Part shown: positions 1-9,825 of the stretch, piece after piece
Numbering within the stretch: position 1 is the first letter of the stretch
Layout of the letters: each line of letters begins with the position of its first letter
Assembly: GCA_963422645.2 (NCBI GenBank)
Contig: CAXXVO010000008.1
Location: forward strand, 96,001-160,000
Reading direction: 5' to 3'
From: Alphaproteobacteria bacterium
GTDB taxonomy: Bacteria > Pseudomonadota > Alphaproteobacteria > UBA828
Length of the DNA stretch: 64,000 nucleotides
Notes under the pieces: model-generated
Database searches by the model: none
What the model saw: only the letters and a program-made list of their open reading frames with translations
What the model was told of the DNA's origin: nothing
Translations under genes and position numbers: made by a program

Positions 1-198
1 CCACCCCATAGAATGAAAATCGGTGCCCGTCGCGCGGGCGGACTTCGGGCCACATCGGGGTAGCTTACCGGTCGCAGTCCGCAAGAGGGGCATCGTGAGC
101 TGTGAAACCCGGCGACCACAGAGGAGCACACGGGCGTCGCGTGGGTAGCGTTGTGCCGAATCCCAGAGAATTTTCACAGCAAGAACCTGGGCAGTTAC
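1..198 (+). mobile_element. Right end of an IS66-family element (type A, copy 0), cut by the window edge
   Basis: Matches 2236-2433 except one SNP (CCACAGA vs CCCCAGA) and ends in the terminal IR ...ACCTGGGCAGTTAC at 198. Confidence 0.93.
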
Positions 199-428
199 GA
201 GTTTTCCCGCCCCAGCCACTTGACCATCAACAGGGGTGTCCCCGGCGATGCCCAAGGGTCCGACATGCTCGGCGTGATGAGTCCTCCGTTGGCGAACGAG
301 GTCTCGAGCGCCGGCGCATGCCGGCGTTCGATGAGGGTGACCCCGCAGCCGCTCCGCGCGAGAAACCAAGCCGACGTGACTCCGACGACGCCGCCACCCA
401 GCACCACGACGTGTCGTGCCGACGCCAT
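199..428 (-). pseudogene. dadA: D-amino acid dehydrogenase, 5' fragment interrupted by IS copy 0
   Basis: [16 protein letters not shown] (FAD-binding GxGxxG), ETSFANGG and PWASPG are DadA-type motifs; GGAG RBS upstream; the frame runs into the IS end at 198. Confidence 0.85.
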
Positions 429-658
429 TCAGTTCTCTCCCAATTGAGCGAGTCCTATCGTACCCCAATCGCGTCCCATTCCCCGCCTAGTTTCCTCGGA
501 ACTTGACGTGCTAAATCCTCGGCTATTTTGAAGGAACTTTTGGGGTAACTGCCCAGGTCGTCTGATTTGTCATTTTGGGCCAGTGGATTGAGGCGTTTCT
601 CGTTCGGAGTTGGTGGAAAGGGCTTGACGGGAATTTCGGGAAATGACTCAACAACGAC

Positions 659-2165
659 ATGAGCAATCCCGAGTCGCCGCGCGGCCCTTCGACGGGAGCA
701 GCGCCCGAAACGCCCGCGCAGAAGATCGCCCGCCTGGAGGAGGAGAACGCCCGGCTTCGGGAGGAAAATGCCTGGCTTCGGCAGCAGAACGCGCGGCTGG
801 AAGAGCAAGTCGCGCGTCTCGTCGAGCGCATCGAGGAGTTGGAGCGCCGTCTCGGCCTCAACAGCGGCAACAGCGGCAAGCCGCCTTCGAGCGATGGGCT
901 GAGGAAGCCGAATTCGAAGCGGCGAACCCGAAGCCTGCGCGGCAAATCGGGCCGCAAGCCCGGTGGCCAGCCCGGCCACAAGGGCAAGACGCTGCGCCGC
1001 GCCGATCACCCGGATCGGGTGAAGGATCACGTCCCGGCTTCCTGCAAGGGATGCGGTTCGCCGCTTTCGGACGCGGCCAGGGCGGGAACGCCCGTCGCCC
1101 GCCAGGTGTTCGATCTGCCCGAGCCGAGCCCCCTGGAGGTGACCGAGCACCGGGCGCATGCCAAGTGCTGCGGGCATTGCGGGACGGTGACCCGGGCGGC
1201 GTTCCCCGACGGGGTGTCGGCGCCGGTGCAGTACGGCCCGCGCATTGCCGGGGTGGCGGTCTACCTTCAGCACGCTCACTTCCTGCCGGAGGATCGGCTG
1301 TCGCAGGTGATGGCCGAGCTCTTCGGCGCGCCGGTGACGGCTGCGACGTTGGCGACGATGAGCGAGAGGGCGGCCGAGCGGCTTGCGGGACGCGGCCTTG
1401 CACATACAGGACCTGGCGGCGGGCACGGCGCGGGTGAAACACATGGACGAGACCGGCTTGCGGATCGGCGGTCAGACGCAGTGGCTTCATGTGATCTGCA
1501 CGCCGCTGCTGGCGGCGTACCGGGTCAGCGGCAAGCGCGGCGCCCTGCTCTCGGGTGTCTCCGGCATCGTCGTGCACGATCACTGGAAGCCGTACTTCGC
1601 GATGGAAGGGGTGGAGCACGGCCTGTGCAACGCCCATCACCTGCGGGAGTTGCAGGCGCTGGTGGACATCGAAGGGGAGGCTTGGGCCCGGCGGATGCAG
1701 CAGCTCCTGCGCCGAGCCAATCGCGCCGCCCGCATCGCGCTGGACAAGGATATCGCCGTTCCGGCGAGGCTTGTGGCGCTGATCGAGCGCCGATACGACG
1801 AGATCATCGCCGATGCGCTGGCCTTTCACGAGAGCCAACCACCGTTCTCGCCTGGCAAGAGGAAGAAGCGCCGGAAGCGAAGGATCGGTCACAATCTGGC
1901 CTTGAGGCTGCGCGACCACAAATGCGCGGTGCTCCGGTTCCTGATCGACCTCGAGGTCGGGTTCACGAACAACGAGGCCGAGCGCGACCTTCGGATGATG
2001 AAGCTGCGCCAGAAGATCTCCGGGGGCTTCCGGTCCGCGCAGGGGGCCGAGAACTTCGCCATCCTGCGCAGCGTCATCACCACCGCCAGAAAGCAGGGCT
2101 GGAATATCATCGAAGCCCTGACCAGCCCATCGGATCGGCTCATCGCCACCGTCAAGTGCGCGTAA
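659..2165 (+). pseudogene. IS66-family transposase, frameshifted (+1 T at 1383/1384)
   Basis: Coiled coil, NSGKPPSSD, GGQPGHKG and CxxC...CxxC in the first frame; DETG, VHDH, CNAHHLREL and TNNEAERDLR in the second frame. The intact copy at 49867-51372 lacks the extra T. Confidence 0.9.
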
Positions 2166-2254
2166 GCTCACCTGGCACGGGTTCTCCAACAGCGGAGCCA
2201 TTCTCATAAACGATCATGGTCGACGCCGTGCTGGACCACCCCATAGAATGAAAA

Positions 2255-2415
2255 TCGGTGCCCGTCGCGCGGGCGGACTTCGGGCCACATCGGGGTAGCT
2301 TACCGGTCGCAGTCCGCAAGAGGGGCATCGTGAGCTGTGAAACCCGGCGACCCCAGAGGAGCACACGGGCGTCGCGTGGGTAGCGTTGTGCCGAATCCCA
2401 GAGAATTTTCACAGC
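2255..2415 (+). ncRNA. Putative structured RNA in the IS 3' non-coding region (also present in the other three copies)
   Basis: TAGAAT at 2244-2249 followed by nested stems 2256-2263/2323-2330, 2273-2279/2311-2317, 2334-2342/2407-2415 and 2347-2351/2371-2375. Pairing seen by eye only. Confidence 0.3.
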
Positions 2416-2592
2416 AAGAACCTGGGCAGTTACCTTTTGGGAATGGGATTTCAATTCCGGCATCAATGATCGAGATGACAGTCGGCATACGCATTTGTAA
2501 GGTTTGCCCGAAGACGCATTTTCTCCCATGCCACGTGCGACCGCGACGCAAGGTCGGCGCCGGTCCCACACGTCCGAGAAGAGAGGATCCCC

Positions 2593-2988
2593 ATGGCAGC
2601 ACCGATCTTTCATATGGCAGCCGGCGCACCCACGCCCGTCGCCCCCTTCAGCCACGCGGTGGAAGCCGACGGCTGGGTCTTCGTCACCGGTCAGATGCCG
2701 AACGACCCGAACGACGAGGCCGCGCCCCTCCCCGCCGGCATCGAATGCCAGACCCGGAACGTCATGGCCAATCTCAAGGTCGTGCTTGCCTCCCTCGGCC
2801 TCGGCTTTGAGCACGTCATCGTCGCGCGGGTCTATCTCACGCACTTCAAGGAGGACTACGCGGCGATGAACGCGGTCTACGAGACCTACTTCGATCCTGA
2901 ACGGCGCCCGGCGCGCACCTGCGTGGGCGTCACCGGGCTCGCCCTCGATGCCCGTATCGAGATCGACCTGCTGGCACGACGGCCGTAG
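2593..2988 (+). CDS. RidA/YjgF family enamine/imine deaminase
   Basis: PFSHAV, FVTGQMP, PARTCVGV..L...ARIEID; GAGGA RBS. Confidence 0.92.
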   Translation: MAAPIFHMAAGAPTPVAPFSHAVEADGWVFVTGQMPNDPNDEAAPLPAGIECQTRNVMANLKVVLASLGLGFEHVIVARVYLTHFKEDYAAMNAVYETYFDPERRPARTCVGVTGLALDARIEIDLLARRP

Positions 2989-3133
2989 CCCGCGAATACG
3001 ATCCGCGCCATGGCGTGCATCCCTTGGACCGATGGTGGTGCATCGGCTATGACGGGCGCAGCGAAGAGACGCAGACGCACACTTGGCCCGGACGCGGACG
3101 TTTCAACGGTCCGGCACAGCAAGGGAGACATCG

Positions 3134-3778
3134 ATGGAAATTATCGCTGATCCGATCACCGTGAACTGCCGCAAGGTCCTCGCGGGCCTCAAGCTGACCG
3201 GCGCGGACTACACGCTGACCAAGGTCGACTATTTCAAGGGCGAGCAGAAGAGCCCCGAGGTTGTGGCGATCAATCCGAACGCCACGATCCCGGTCATGCG
3301 CGATGGCGACCTGGTCCTCTGGGAATCGAACTCGATCTTGCAGTACGCCGCCGACAAGGTGGGCAATGCGAGCGCGTATCCGACCGACCTGAACACCAGG
3401 GCCGACGTGAACCGCTGGCTTCTGTGGGAATGCGGGGCCTGGTTCCCGACCTGCTACATCCATCTGGTCGAGAACTGCGTGAAGCCGCTCCTGGGCGCCG
3501 AGACGGACCCCGCGGTGCTCGACGGCGAGGCGCCGAATTTCCACAAGCTCGCCGGCATCATGGATGCGCGCCTGGGCGGGAGCGCATACCTCTGCGGCGA
3601 TCAGCCGACCATCGCCGACGTGGCGTTGGCCGCGCCGATGCACCTCCATGCATGGGCCAAGCTGCCGCTCGACGACCATCCCAACGTCGTGCGCTGGATG
3701 ACGGAGGGAATCGAGACGCAGCCCTGGTGGAAGGCCACCCATGTGGGCGAGGGCTTTACGGCGTCCGAGGCGGCCTGA
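3134..3778 (+). CDS. Glutathione S-transferase family protein
   Basis: INPNATIPV, LWESNSILQY and YLCGDQPTIAD GST motifs; ATG at 3134 after GGGAG. Confidence 0.92.
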   Translation: MEIIADPITVNCRKVLAGLKLTGADYTLTKVDYFKGEQKSPEVVAINPNATIPVMRDGDLVLWESNSILQYAADKVGNASAYPTDLNTRADVNRWLLWECGAWFPTCYIHLVENCVKPLLGAETDPAVLDGEAPNFHKLAGIMDARLGGSAYLCGDQPTIADVALAAPMHLHAWAKLPLDDHPNVVRWMTEGIETQPWWKATHVGEGFTASEAA

Positions 3779-3884
3779 ACCGGGCGGGATGTCCGTCCGG
3801 CGAGGACAGGCTCCAAACAAGACCGGGCATCCGTGTCGCGGGTGCGGCCTCGCCGCGCGCCATTAGAACAGGACGGAGGCACGG

Positions 3885-4652
3885 GTGACCGACAGCGACC
3901 TTTCGGGGCGTGTCGCTCTGGTGACCGGTGGATCGCGGGGCATCGGCCGCGCGATCTGCCGGCGGCTCGCCAGGGCCGGCGCGTGGGTGGCGATCAACCA
4001 CTCGTCGAGCGACGAGGCCGCTCAGGAAACGCTGGCCAAGATCAGGGCCGATGGCGGAGAGGGCGGCGTCTACAAGGCCGACGTCTCGTCCTTCGACGCG
4101 ACCGATGCGATGTTCCGACGCATCGAGGCAGAGAGCGGCCCGGTCGACCTTCCGGTCACCAACGCCGGGATCGCCTCGTTCAAGGACGATGTCGATATGC
4201 CGGTCGATCTCTGGCGGCGGATCCTGTCGGTGAACCTGGACGGCACCTTTCACAGCGTGTGGCGCGCCAAGGCGGGCATGCTGGCCCGGGGCGACGGGCG
4301 CATCGTCTGCATCTCCTCGATCAACGGTCTGGCGCCGACCACGATGCAGTCCGACAGGCTGCTCGCCTACGGCACATCGAAGTCCGCCATCATCGGATTC
4401 TCGCGCAACTGCGCGGTCGCGTTCGGCCCGGCCATCCGCGTCAACTGCGTGGCGCCCGGCTTGATCGACACCGACATGACAAGCGGCATGAGCGACGAGA
4501 TGCGCCAACACATCATCGCAAGCACGCCCGCGGGCCGGACCGGCACGCCCGAAGACATCGCCGAGCTCACCCACTTCCTTCTCAGCGACGCCGCAGGCTT
4601 CATCACGGGCCAGACCTACGTCGCTTCCGGCGGTCTCGTCACACTGCCCTGA
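3885..4652 (+). CDS. Short-chain dehydrogenase/reductase (FabG-like)
   Basis: [16 protein letters not shown] (YxxxK), [13 protein letters not shown]. Confidence 0.93.
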   Translation: MTDSDLSGRVALVTGGSRGIGRAICRRLARAGAWVAINHSSSDEAAQETLAKIRADGGEGGVYKADVSSFDATDAMFRRIEAESGPVDLPVTNAGIASFKDDVDMPVDLWRRILSVNLDGTFHSVWRAKAGMLARGDGRIVCISSINGLAPTTMQSDRLLAYGTSKSAIIGFSRNCAVAFGPAIRVNCVAPGLIDTDMTSGMSDEMRQHIIASTPAGRTGTPEDIAELTHFLLSDAAGFITGQTYVASGGLVTLP

Positions 4653-4719
4653 CAGGCTTTCGTCGCCTGTCGGCCTCAGGGAATCAGTCCTAGATCGTCA
4701 ACCTGTCGAAAGATCTCAG

Positions 4720-5142
4720 CTATCTCGACCGCCCCGGCATGCCCTCGTCCTTGGGAAGGTCCGGGTGCAGCAGATTCCAGGGCTGTGCGCTCGTTACGTA
4801 AATCTCCCGGCTCGGTTGGTACTTGCTCGGGTCGTCCAGGCTTCCCGCATAGAGCGCCCGGACCCCCTGGTGCGCCCCGTTGGTCAGGAAGAGCGGCGTA
4901 CCGCACGCGGGACAGAACGCCCGTTTCATAGAGCTTCCCGTATCCGAGGATCGTTCGAACCAACTCGGCTCGCCGCGTCGCAGAGAGAAATCGCTCTCCT
5001 TCACCACGATGACCGGCATGTAGGCGCCGCCGGTCGCCTGCTGGCAATGGGTGCAATGGCAGTTGCCCATGTAGCGCGGGGGAGCCGCACACTCGTACCG
5101 AATTGCGCCGCATGCGCACCCGCCGCCGAATGGGACTTCCAT
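4720..5142 (-). CDS. GFA-family (CENP-V/GFA) zinc protein
   Basis: GGCACGAIRY, CHCTHCQ, RAFCPACGTPL; ATG at 5142 after GGAGGAG. Confidence 0.9.
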   Translation of the reverse strand: MEVPFGGGCACGAIRYECAAPPRYMGNCHCTHCQQATGGAYMPVIVVKESDFSLRRGEPSWFERSSDTGSSMKRAFCPACGTPLFLTNGAHQGVRALYAGSLDDPSKYQPSREIYVTSAQPWNLLHPDLPKDEGMPGRSR

Positions 5143-5180
5143 TTTCGCTCCTCCCCTTGCGTCGCTGGCCGATCCTGGTG

Positions 5181-6290
5181 TCAGACCTCCGTCCGCACGG
5201 CGTCCGCCGCGAGTGGCGTGAGCCGCGCCGGATCGAAAGGCGCGAGGTCTACGTGGCTGCTCGCGCCGTCGGCGACCAGCTCGGCCACCGCCTCGCCCGT
5301 GGCCGGGGCGTTCAGCATTCCCCACACGCTGTGAGCGGTCGCCACGTAGGCGCCGTCCACGCCGGGGACGGCGCCGATGAGCGGCAACCCGTCCTCGACG
5401 ACGGGGCGGTAGCAGGCCTGCTCGGCCAACACCTCGGCGTCGCCGAGCGCCGGCGCGACCTGCGCCGTCATGGCGCGAAGACGAGCGGCGCCGCCCTCCT
5501 CCGGCGCCACCGCAGCGGGGTCCACCGGCAGTGGCGCCTCGCTGGAGAGGCCGCAGACGTAGGTCGTGCCGTCGGGCCGGGGATAGACCTCCGGCGAGGC
5601 GAAGTCGCCCGTCGCCGTCTCGAGTTCCACGAAGAGCGCGTGGGGCGACGGCTCGGGCGTGTAGCGAAAAACCACGCTGTGGCCCTTCAGGCCGTAGATC
5701 GCCGGCAGCGGCAGCCAGCGGCTCGCGAGCACCGACCATGGGCCCATGGCGATGACGACCGCGTCGCCTGCGACCTCCTGCCCGTCCACGATGGCGCCAC
5801 GCAAGGCGCGGCCCTCGCCGAACACGAGGCCGGTGACCGTGCCCATGAGCAGGCGCGTACCTGCCCCGATCGCCGCGCGCATCATGGCCTTGGTGAAGGC
5901 CGCCGGGCTGACCTGGGCCGTGGTTTCGCTGGTGCCGAGCTGGCGGTGGACGGCTGCGTCCTGCGCCAGCCAGCCGGGCCCGTCGAGCTGCCGGAAGGAG
6001 CCCACGTCCCGGCGCGCGCTGGCGACCACGCCGAGCGTGTCGAGCCTGCGGTAGCCCCACTCGTCGTCGATCGTCTCGGCAAGCTCGGCGTGCAGAGCGA
6101 AGCTGCGCCGCGCCAGCGGCTCGACCGGCGAGCCATCGCACCAGTCGAGCGCCAGGAACCCGCCCGACTTGCCCGAGGCCGCGTTGGCGATTCCGGTGCG
6201 CTCGATCACCACGGCCTCGATGCCGCGCTGTCCGAGGAAGTAGGCGATCGACGTGCCGATCACGCCGCCGCCGCAAATCAACACCCGCAT
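5181..6290 (-). CDS. FAD-dependent oxidoreductase, D-amino acid/glycine oxidase family
   Basis: ICGGGVIG, ASGKSGGFLA, ACYRP, HSVWGMLNAPATG. Confidence 0.9.
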   Translation of the reverse strand: MRVLICGGGVIGTSIAYFLGQRGIEAVVIERTGIANAASGKSGGFLALDWCDGSPVEPLARRSFALHAELAETIDDEWGYRRLDTLGVVASARRDVGSFRQLDGPGWLAQDAAVHRQLGTSETTAQVSPAAFTKAMMRAAIGAGTRLLMGTVTGLVFGEGRALRGAIVDGQEVAGDAVVIAMGPWSVLASRWLPLPAIYGLKGHSVVFRYTPEPSPHALFVELETATGDFASPEVYPRPDGTTYVCGLSSEAPLPVDPAAVAPEEGGAARLRAMTAQVAPALGDAEVLAEQACYRPVVEDGLPLIGAVPGVDGAYVATAHSVWGMLNAPATGEAVAELVADGASSHVDLAPFDPARLTPLAADAVRTEV

Positions 6291-6448
6291 GCGCGCCTCG
6301 CGACGGCTGCATCCAACCGCATAGTGATCGACACCACCCTTCCGATCGGGCCAGCGAAGCGCAGCCTAACGCCCGCCCGGCTCCGGTTGCAAAGGCGGGC
6401 GCCTCGGCTAAAGTCGGCGCCCTTTCACCCACGGATGGACGGACGCTC

Positions 6449-6832
6449 ATGCTCAACCGCGAGGAACTGATCGCCCTCGTCGAGGACGCTTACTTTTCTA
6501 ACGTCGACAACAAGAACCTTGAGCCTGCGCTTGCGTGCTTTGCGGAAGACGCCGAGCTCCGCATCCAATCGGCGCACGTGAGCCACGTCGGCCACGATCA
6601 GATCGGGCGCATGTTCCAGGACTTCATGGCCGCGACGAAGATCATCTACCACGGCGACTTCAGCCACGTCGTCGACGTGGAGGATCAATGGATCGCCTCG
6701 CAGTTCGTCGCCCGCAACGACTACGACGACGGCCGTCACGTGGAAATGCGCAACTGCAACTTCTTCCAGATCGAAAACGATCGCTTCAAGCGCGTCACCA
6801 TCTACATGACCGACGAGAACCCGTTGGTCTGA
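6449..6832 (+). CDS. NTF2/SnoaL-like protein
   Basis: 127 aa; YFSNVD...LACFAEDA...GHDQI pattern of SnoaL-like folds; typical codon usage. Confidence 0.75.
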   Translation: MLNREELIALVEDAYFSNVDNKNLEPALACFAEDAELRIQSAHVSHVGHDQIGRMFQDFMAATKIIYHGDFSHVVDVEDQWIASQFVARNDYDDGRHVEMRNCNFFQIENDRFKRVTIYMTDENPLV

Positions 6833-7039
6833 CCGCGCTTCGCGGTAATTTCAGTTCCCTCAAGCGCCGGGCGCTCGCTCCGCTCGCTTGGCTTTCGCGC
6901 CATTCGGCGCGGCGCGCAGTCGCGCGCTCCGGGCCTGGCGGCCGGGCCCTGCTCGCGTCCCACGATTCGTCGGAGACCGTTGCTTGCGGCAAAGGGCGCC
7001 CTTCGCCAGACTCGCCGCCGGCATTGGTGAGGAACAGGC

Positions 7040-8050
7040 ATGAGCGACCGCCCGCAGATCGACCCGCCCTATCTGCTCTTCCTTGGCGACGCGCGCGATG
7101 AGCTCGCCGCCAAGACCGCGCGTGGGGTGTTCGTCTTTCGCCCGGAGTGGTGCCTCGGCCAGATCAGGCTGCCGGGCTGCAAGGCCCGCCTCGACCTGCC
7201 CGAGATGACGGTCGAGGACGCGGCGGCCAAGGGCGCGAAGTGCCTCATCGTCGGCGTCGCCAATGCGGGCGGCGTGGTCAGCGAAAGCTGGACCGCCACC
7301 CTCGTGGCGGCGCTCGAAGCGGGCCTCGACGTGGCCAGCGGGCTTCATGTGCGCCTGAGCGACCTGCCGGCGGTGCGCGATGCGGCCGAGGCCAACGGCC
7401 GGCATCTCTTCGACGTGCGCCATCCGTCCCAGGAATTCAAGGTGGGGACGGGCTTGCGCAGAGCCGGCAAGCGCCTGCTCACGGTGGGCACCGACGCCTC
7501 GGTCGGCAAGATGTACGCCACGCTCGCGCTCGAAGCCGAATGGCGCCGGCGCGGCGTCAACTGCACCTTCCGCGCGACCGGGCAGACCGGAATCTTCGTC
7601 GCCGGCCGCGGGGTCTCGGTCGATGCGGTGGTGGCGGACTTCATCTCCGGCGCCACCGAGTGGCTCGCGCCCGAGAACGACCCGGATCACTGGGACCTCG
7701 TCGAGGGGCAAGGCTCGCTCTTCCACCCCTCCTACGCCGGCGTGACGCTCGGCCTGATCCACGGCGCCCAGCCCGACGCCATCGTGATCTGCCACGAGCC
7801 GACGCGTACCACCATGCGGGGCCTGCCGGGCTGGCCGCTGCCCGAGCTCGGCGCCTGCATCGAGGCCAACCTTCAGGCGGCGCGGCTCACCAATCCCGAC
7901 GTCATGTGCGCGGGTATCTGCGTCAACACCGAGGCGCTGGGAGCGGCGGAGGCCGACGCGCTGCTGGAAGAACTGGGAGCGGCCCACGGCCTGCCCTGCG
8001 TCGATCCGATCCGCACCGGTGTGGGCCCGATCGCCGACCGCGTTCTCTAA
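7040..8050 (+). CDS. dgcN: DUF1611-family protein, probable D-glutamate N-acetyltransferase
   Basis: AKTARG, GTDASVGKMYATL, ATGQTGI, DAVVADFISGA, VEGQGSLFHPSY; adjacent to an enolase-superfamily racemase as in dgcN-dgcA. Confidence 0.85.
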   Translation: MSDRPQIDPPYLLFLGDARDELAAKTARGVFVFRPEWCLGQIRLPGCKARLDLPEMTVEDAAAKGAKCLIVGVANAGGVVSESWTATLVAALEAGLDVASGLHVRLSDLPAVRDAAEANGRHLFDVRHPSQEFKVGTGLRRAGKRLLTVGTDASVGKMYATLALEAEWRRRGVNCTFRATGQTGIFVAGRGVSVDAVVADFISGATEWLAPENDPDHWDLVEGQGSLFHPSYAGVTLGLIHGAQPDAIVICHEPTRTTMRGLPGWPLPELGACIEANLQAARLTNPDVMCAGICVNTEALGAAEADALLEELGAAHGLPCVDPIRTGVGPIADRVL

Positions 8051-8062
8051 GGACCGCGCCTG

Positions 8063-9046
8063 GTGAGCCGGCGCCTCACCGTGCGCCTGGAGACGTGGCC
8101 GCTCGCGCGCGCCTTTCGTATCTCCCGCGGCGCCAAGACGGAGGCCCGCGTCGTCGTCGCCGAGATCGCCGACGGCCCCAACACCGGCCGGGGCGAGGCG
8201 GTCCCCTACGCCCGTTACGACGAGACACCTGAGGGGACGTGCGCGGCGATCGAGGGCCGGCGTGAAACGATCGAGAGCGGCATTACCCGGGAGGCGCTGC
8301 AGGACGCGCTGCCGCCGGGCGCTGCCCGCAATGCGCTGGACTGCGCGCTCTGGGACCTGGAGGCGAAGCAGACCGGCCGGCCTGCCTGGGCGCTGGCGGG
8401 GCTCGACGAGCCCCAGCCTTGTACGACTGCCGTGACCCTCAGCCTCGATACGCCCGAGAGCATGGGCGAGGCCGCCGCCTCGCATTCAGCGCTTCCCCTG
8501 CTCAAGCTCAAGGTCACTGGCGAGGGCGACCTCGCGCGAATCCAGGCGGTCCGCGAGAATGCGCCCGGCGCCAGGCTAATCGTGGACGCGAACGAAGGCT
8601 GGACCGTGCCGATGCTTGAGGCGTTCCTGCCAGCGTTCGCCGACCTCGGAGTCGAGATGGTAGAGCAGCCGCTGCCGGCTGCGGACGACGCCGCACTCGA
8701 GGGCCGTCAATTCGCGCTCCCGCTCTGCGCCGACGAGAGCTGCCACACGCGGGAGGACCTGACACGGCTCGCGGGCCGCTACCCGATGATCAACATCAAG
8801 CTGGACAAGACCGGGGGGCTCACGGAGGCGCTCGCGCTCGCGGTGGAGGCGCGGGCCATGGGATTCGACATCATGGTGGGCAGCATGGTCGGCACCTCGC
8901 TCGCCATGGCGCCGGCGGCGCTGCTCGCCGGCTTCGCCGACTACGTCGATCTCGACGGCCCGCTGCTGCTGGCCCGCGACCGTTCGCCGGGACTCAGCTA
9001 CGACGGCGCGGTCATGGCGCCACCGGAGCTCGCACTCTGGGGATAA
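8063..9046 (+). CDS. dgcA: Enolase-superfamily dipeptide epimerase / N-acetyl-D-Glu racemase
   Basis: FRISRGAK, KLK, VDANEGW, EQP, ADESC, NIKLDKTGG, DLDG. Confidence 0.85.
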   Translation: MSRRLTVRLETWPLARAFRISRGAKTEARVVVAEIADGPNTGRGEAVPYARYDETPEGTCAAIEGRRETIESGITREALQDALPPGAARNALDCALWDLEAKQTGRPAWALAGLDEPQPCTTAVTLSLDTPESMGEAAASHSALPLLKLKVTGEGDLARIQAVRENAPGARLIVDANEGWTVPMLEAFLPAFADLGVEMVEQPLPAADDAALEGRQFALPLCADESCHTREDLTRLAGRYPMINIKLDKTGGLTEALALAVEARAMGFDIMVGSMVGTSLAMAPAALLAGFADYVDLDGPLLLARDRSPGLSYDGAVMAPPELALWG

Positions 9047-9156
9047 GAATGTGGATACAGGCCTTGCCCGGCCTTGTCTCTCTGCGCTCGATCTGAAACT
9101 CTGGCGCGACACTGGATCGGCCCGGCTACCGCCTGGGCCAGCGCAGCGAGAGGGCC

Positions 9157-9807
9157 ATGGGCCGCCTGTTGGAACTCGGAGAGCGGTTGGAGCTCGTCTC
9201 CATGGACCCGCACTTCCATGACATCAGCATCTCCCTCTACCGGGAGACCGGGGAGGGTGACACCTCCGGCTTTCTCGCGCACAGCTACAGCGGGAAAGAG
9301 GGCGCCACCGAGCGATTGGCCTTCGTGATGCGGGCAATGGCGGTCGTGGGCGGCATGGGGCCCGCACCGGGGCAGCCGGGCCGCTTGGCCTTTGCCTGCG
9401 GCGGCGCGCACCGGGCGGCGGTGAGGCGGCTCTTTCTTGAGGCTTGCAAGAAGGCGACGGGCGCCGAGGTTGCAGCGCTGCCCATGAGCATCTACGACAA
9501 GAAGAACGATCTCACCATCGACGCGACGGCGACCGGAGGTGGCGGCTACCGGCTTGCCACCGCCGGCGGCGAGGCCGGCGACAAGGTGGCACGGCGCGTG
9601 GATGGTATGACCCGGGGGCTGATCAAGCTGGCCGAGATGGAGCCGGGCGCGGCGCCGGGCGAAGCTCGCTTCGCCTGCGGCTCCGCCCATGACGAGCTGG
9701 TGGGCCTCCTGCTCGGCCGGGCGCTCAACGTCCGCGCCGCCATGCGCGAGGCGGAGGCAGCGGCGGCGCGGGGCGTCCTCGCCGCGCCGAGCGCGCAACA
9801 GACCTGA
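9157..9807 (+). CDS. Hypothetical protein with a duplicated FACGxAH motif; first gene of the corrinoid operon
   Basis: GAGGG RBS, host-like codon usage, 18-bp gap to the next gene; no family recognised. Confidence 0.75.
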   Translation: MGRLLELGERLELVSMDPHFHDISISLYRETGEGDTSGFLAHSYSGKEGATERLAFVMRAMAVVGGMGPAPGQPGRLAFACGGAHRAAVRRLFLEACKKATGAEVAALPMSIYDKKNDLTIDATATGGGGYRLATAGGEAGDKVARRVDGMTRGLIKLAEMEPGAAPGEARFACGSAHDELVGLLLGRALNVRAAMREAEAAAARGVLAAPSAQQT

Positions 9808-9825
9808 GGGTCGGGAGCGGAAGCG

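Larger units (their letters stand above)
545..2433 (+). mobile_element. IS66-family (single-ORF, ISBst12-like) element, type A copy 1
   Basis: Terminal IRs GTAACTGCCCAGGT / ACCTGGGCAGTTAC; 8-bp TSD CTTTTGGG at 537-544 and 2434-2441. Confidence 0.96.

Noticed and set aside
1370-1395. Programmed ribosomal frameshift site
   Set aside because: No slippery heptamer is visible and an un-shifted intact copy exists at 49867-51372.
659-2209. 516-aa ORF (and the 513-aa twin at 23574) as a novel protein
   Set aside because: It is the transposase N-half running into a shadow frame after the +1 T.
6833-6930. GC-rich short hairpins downstream of the SnoaL-like gene as an ncRNA or riboswitch
   Set aside because: Only short stems, no recognisable family signature, and no second copy in the window.
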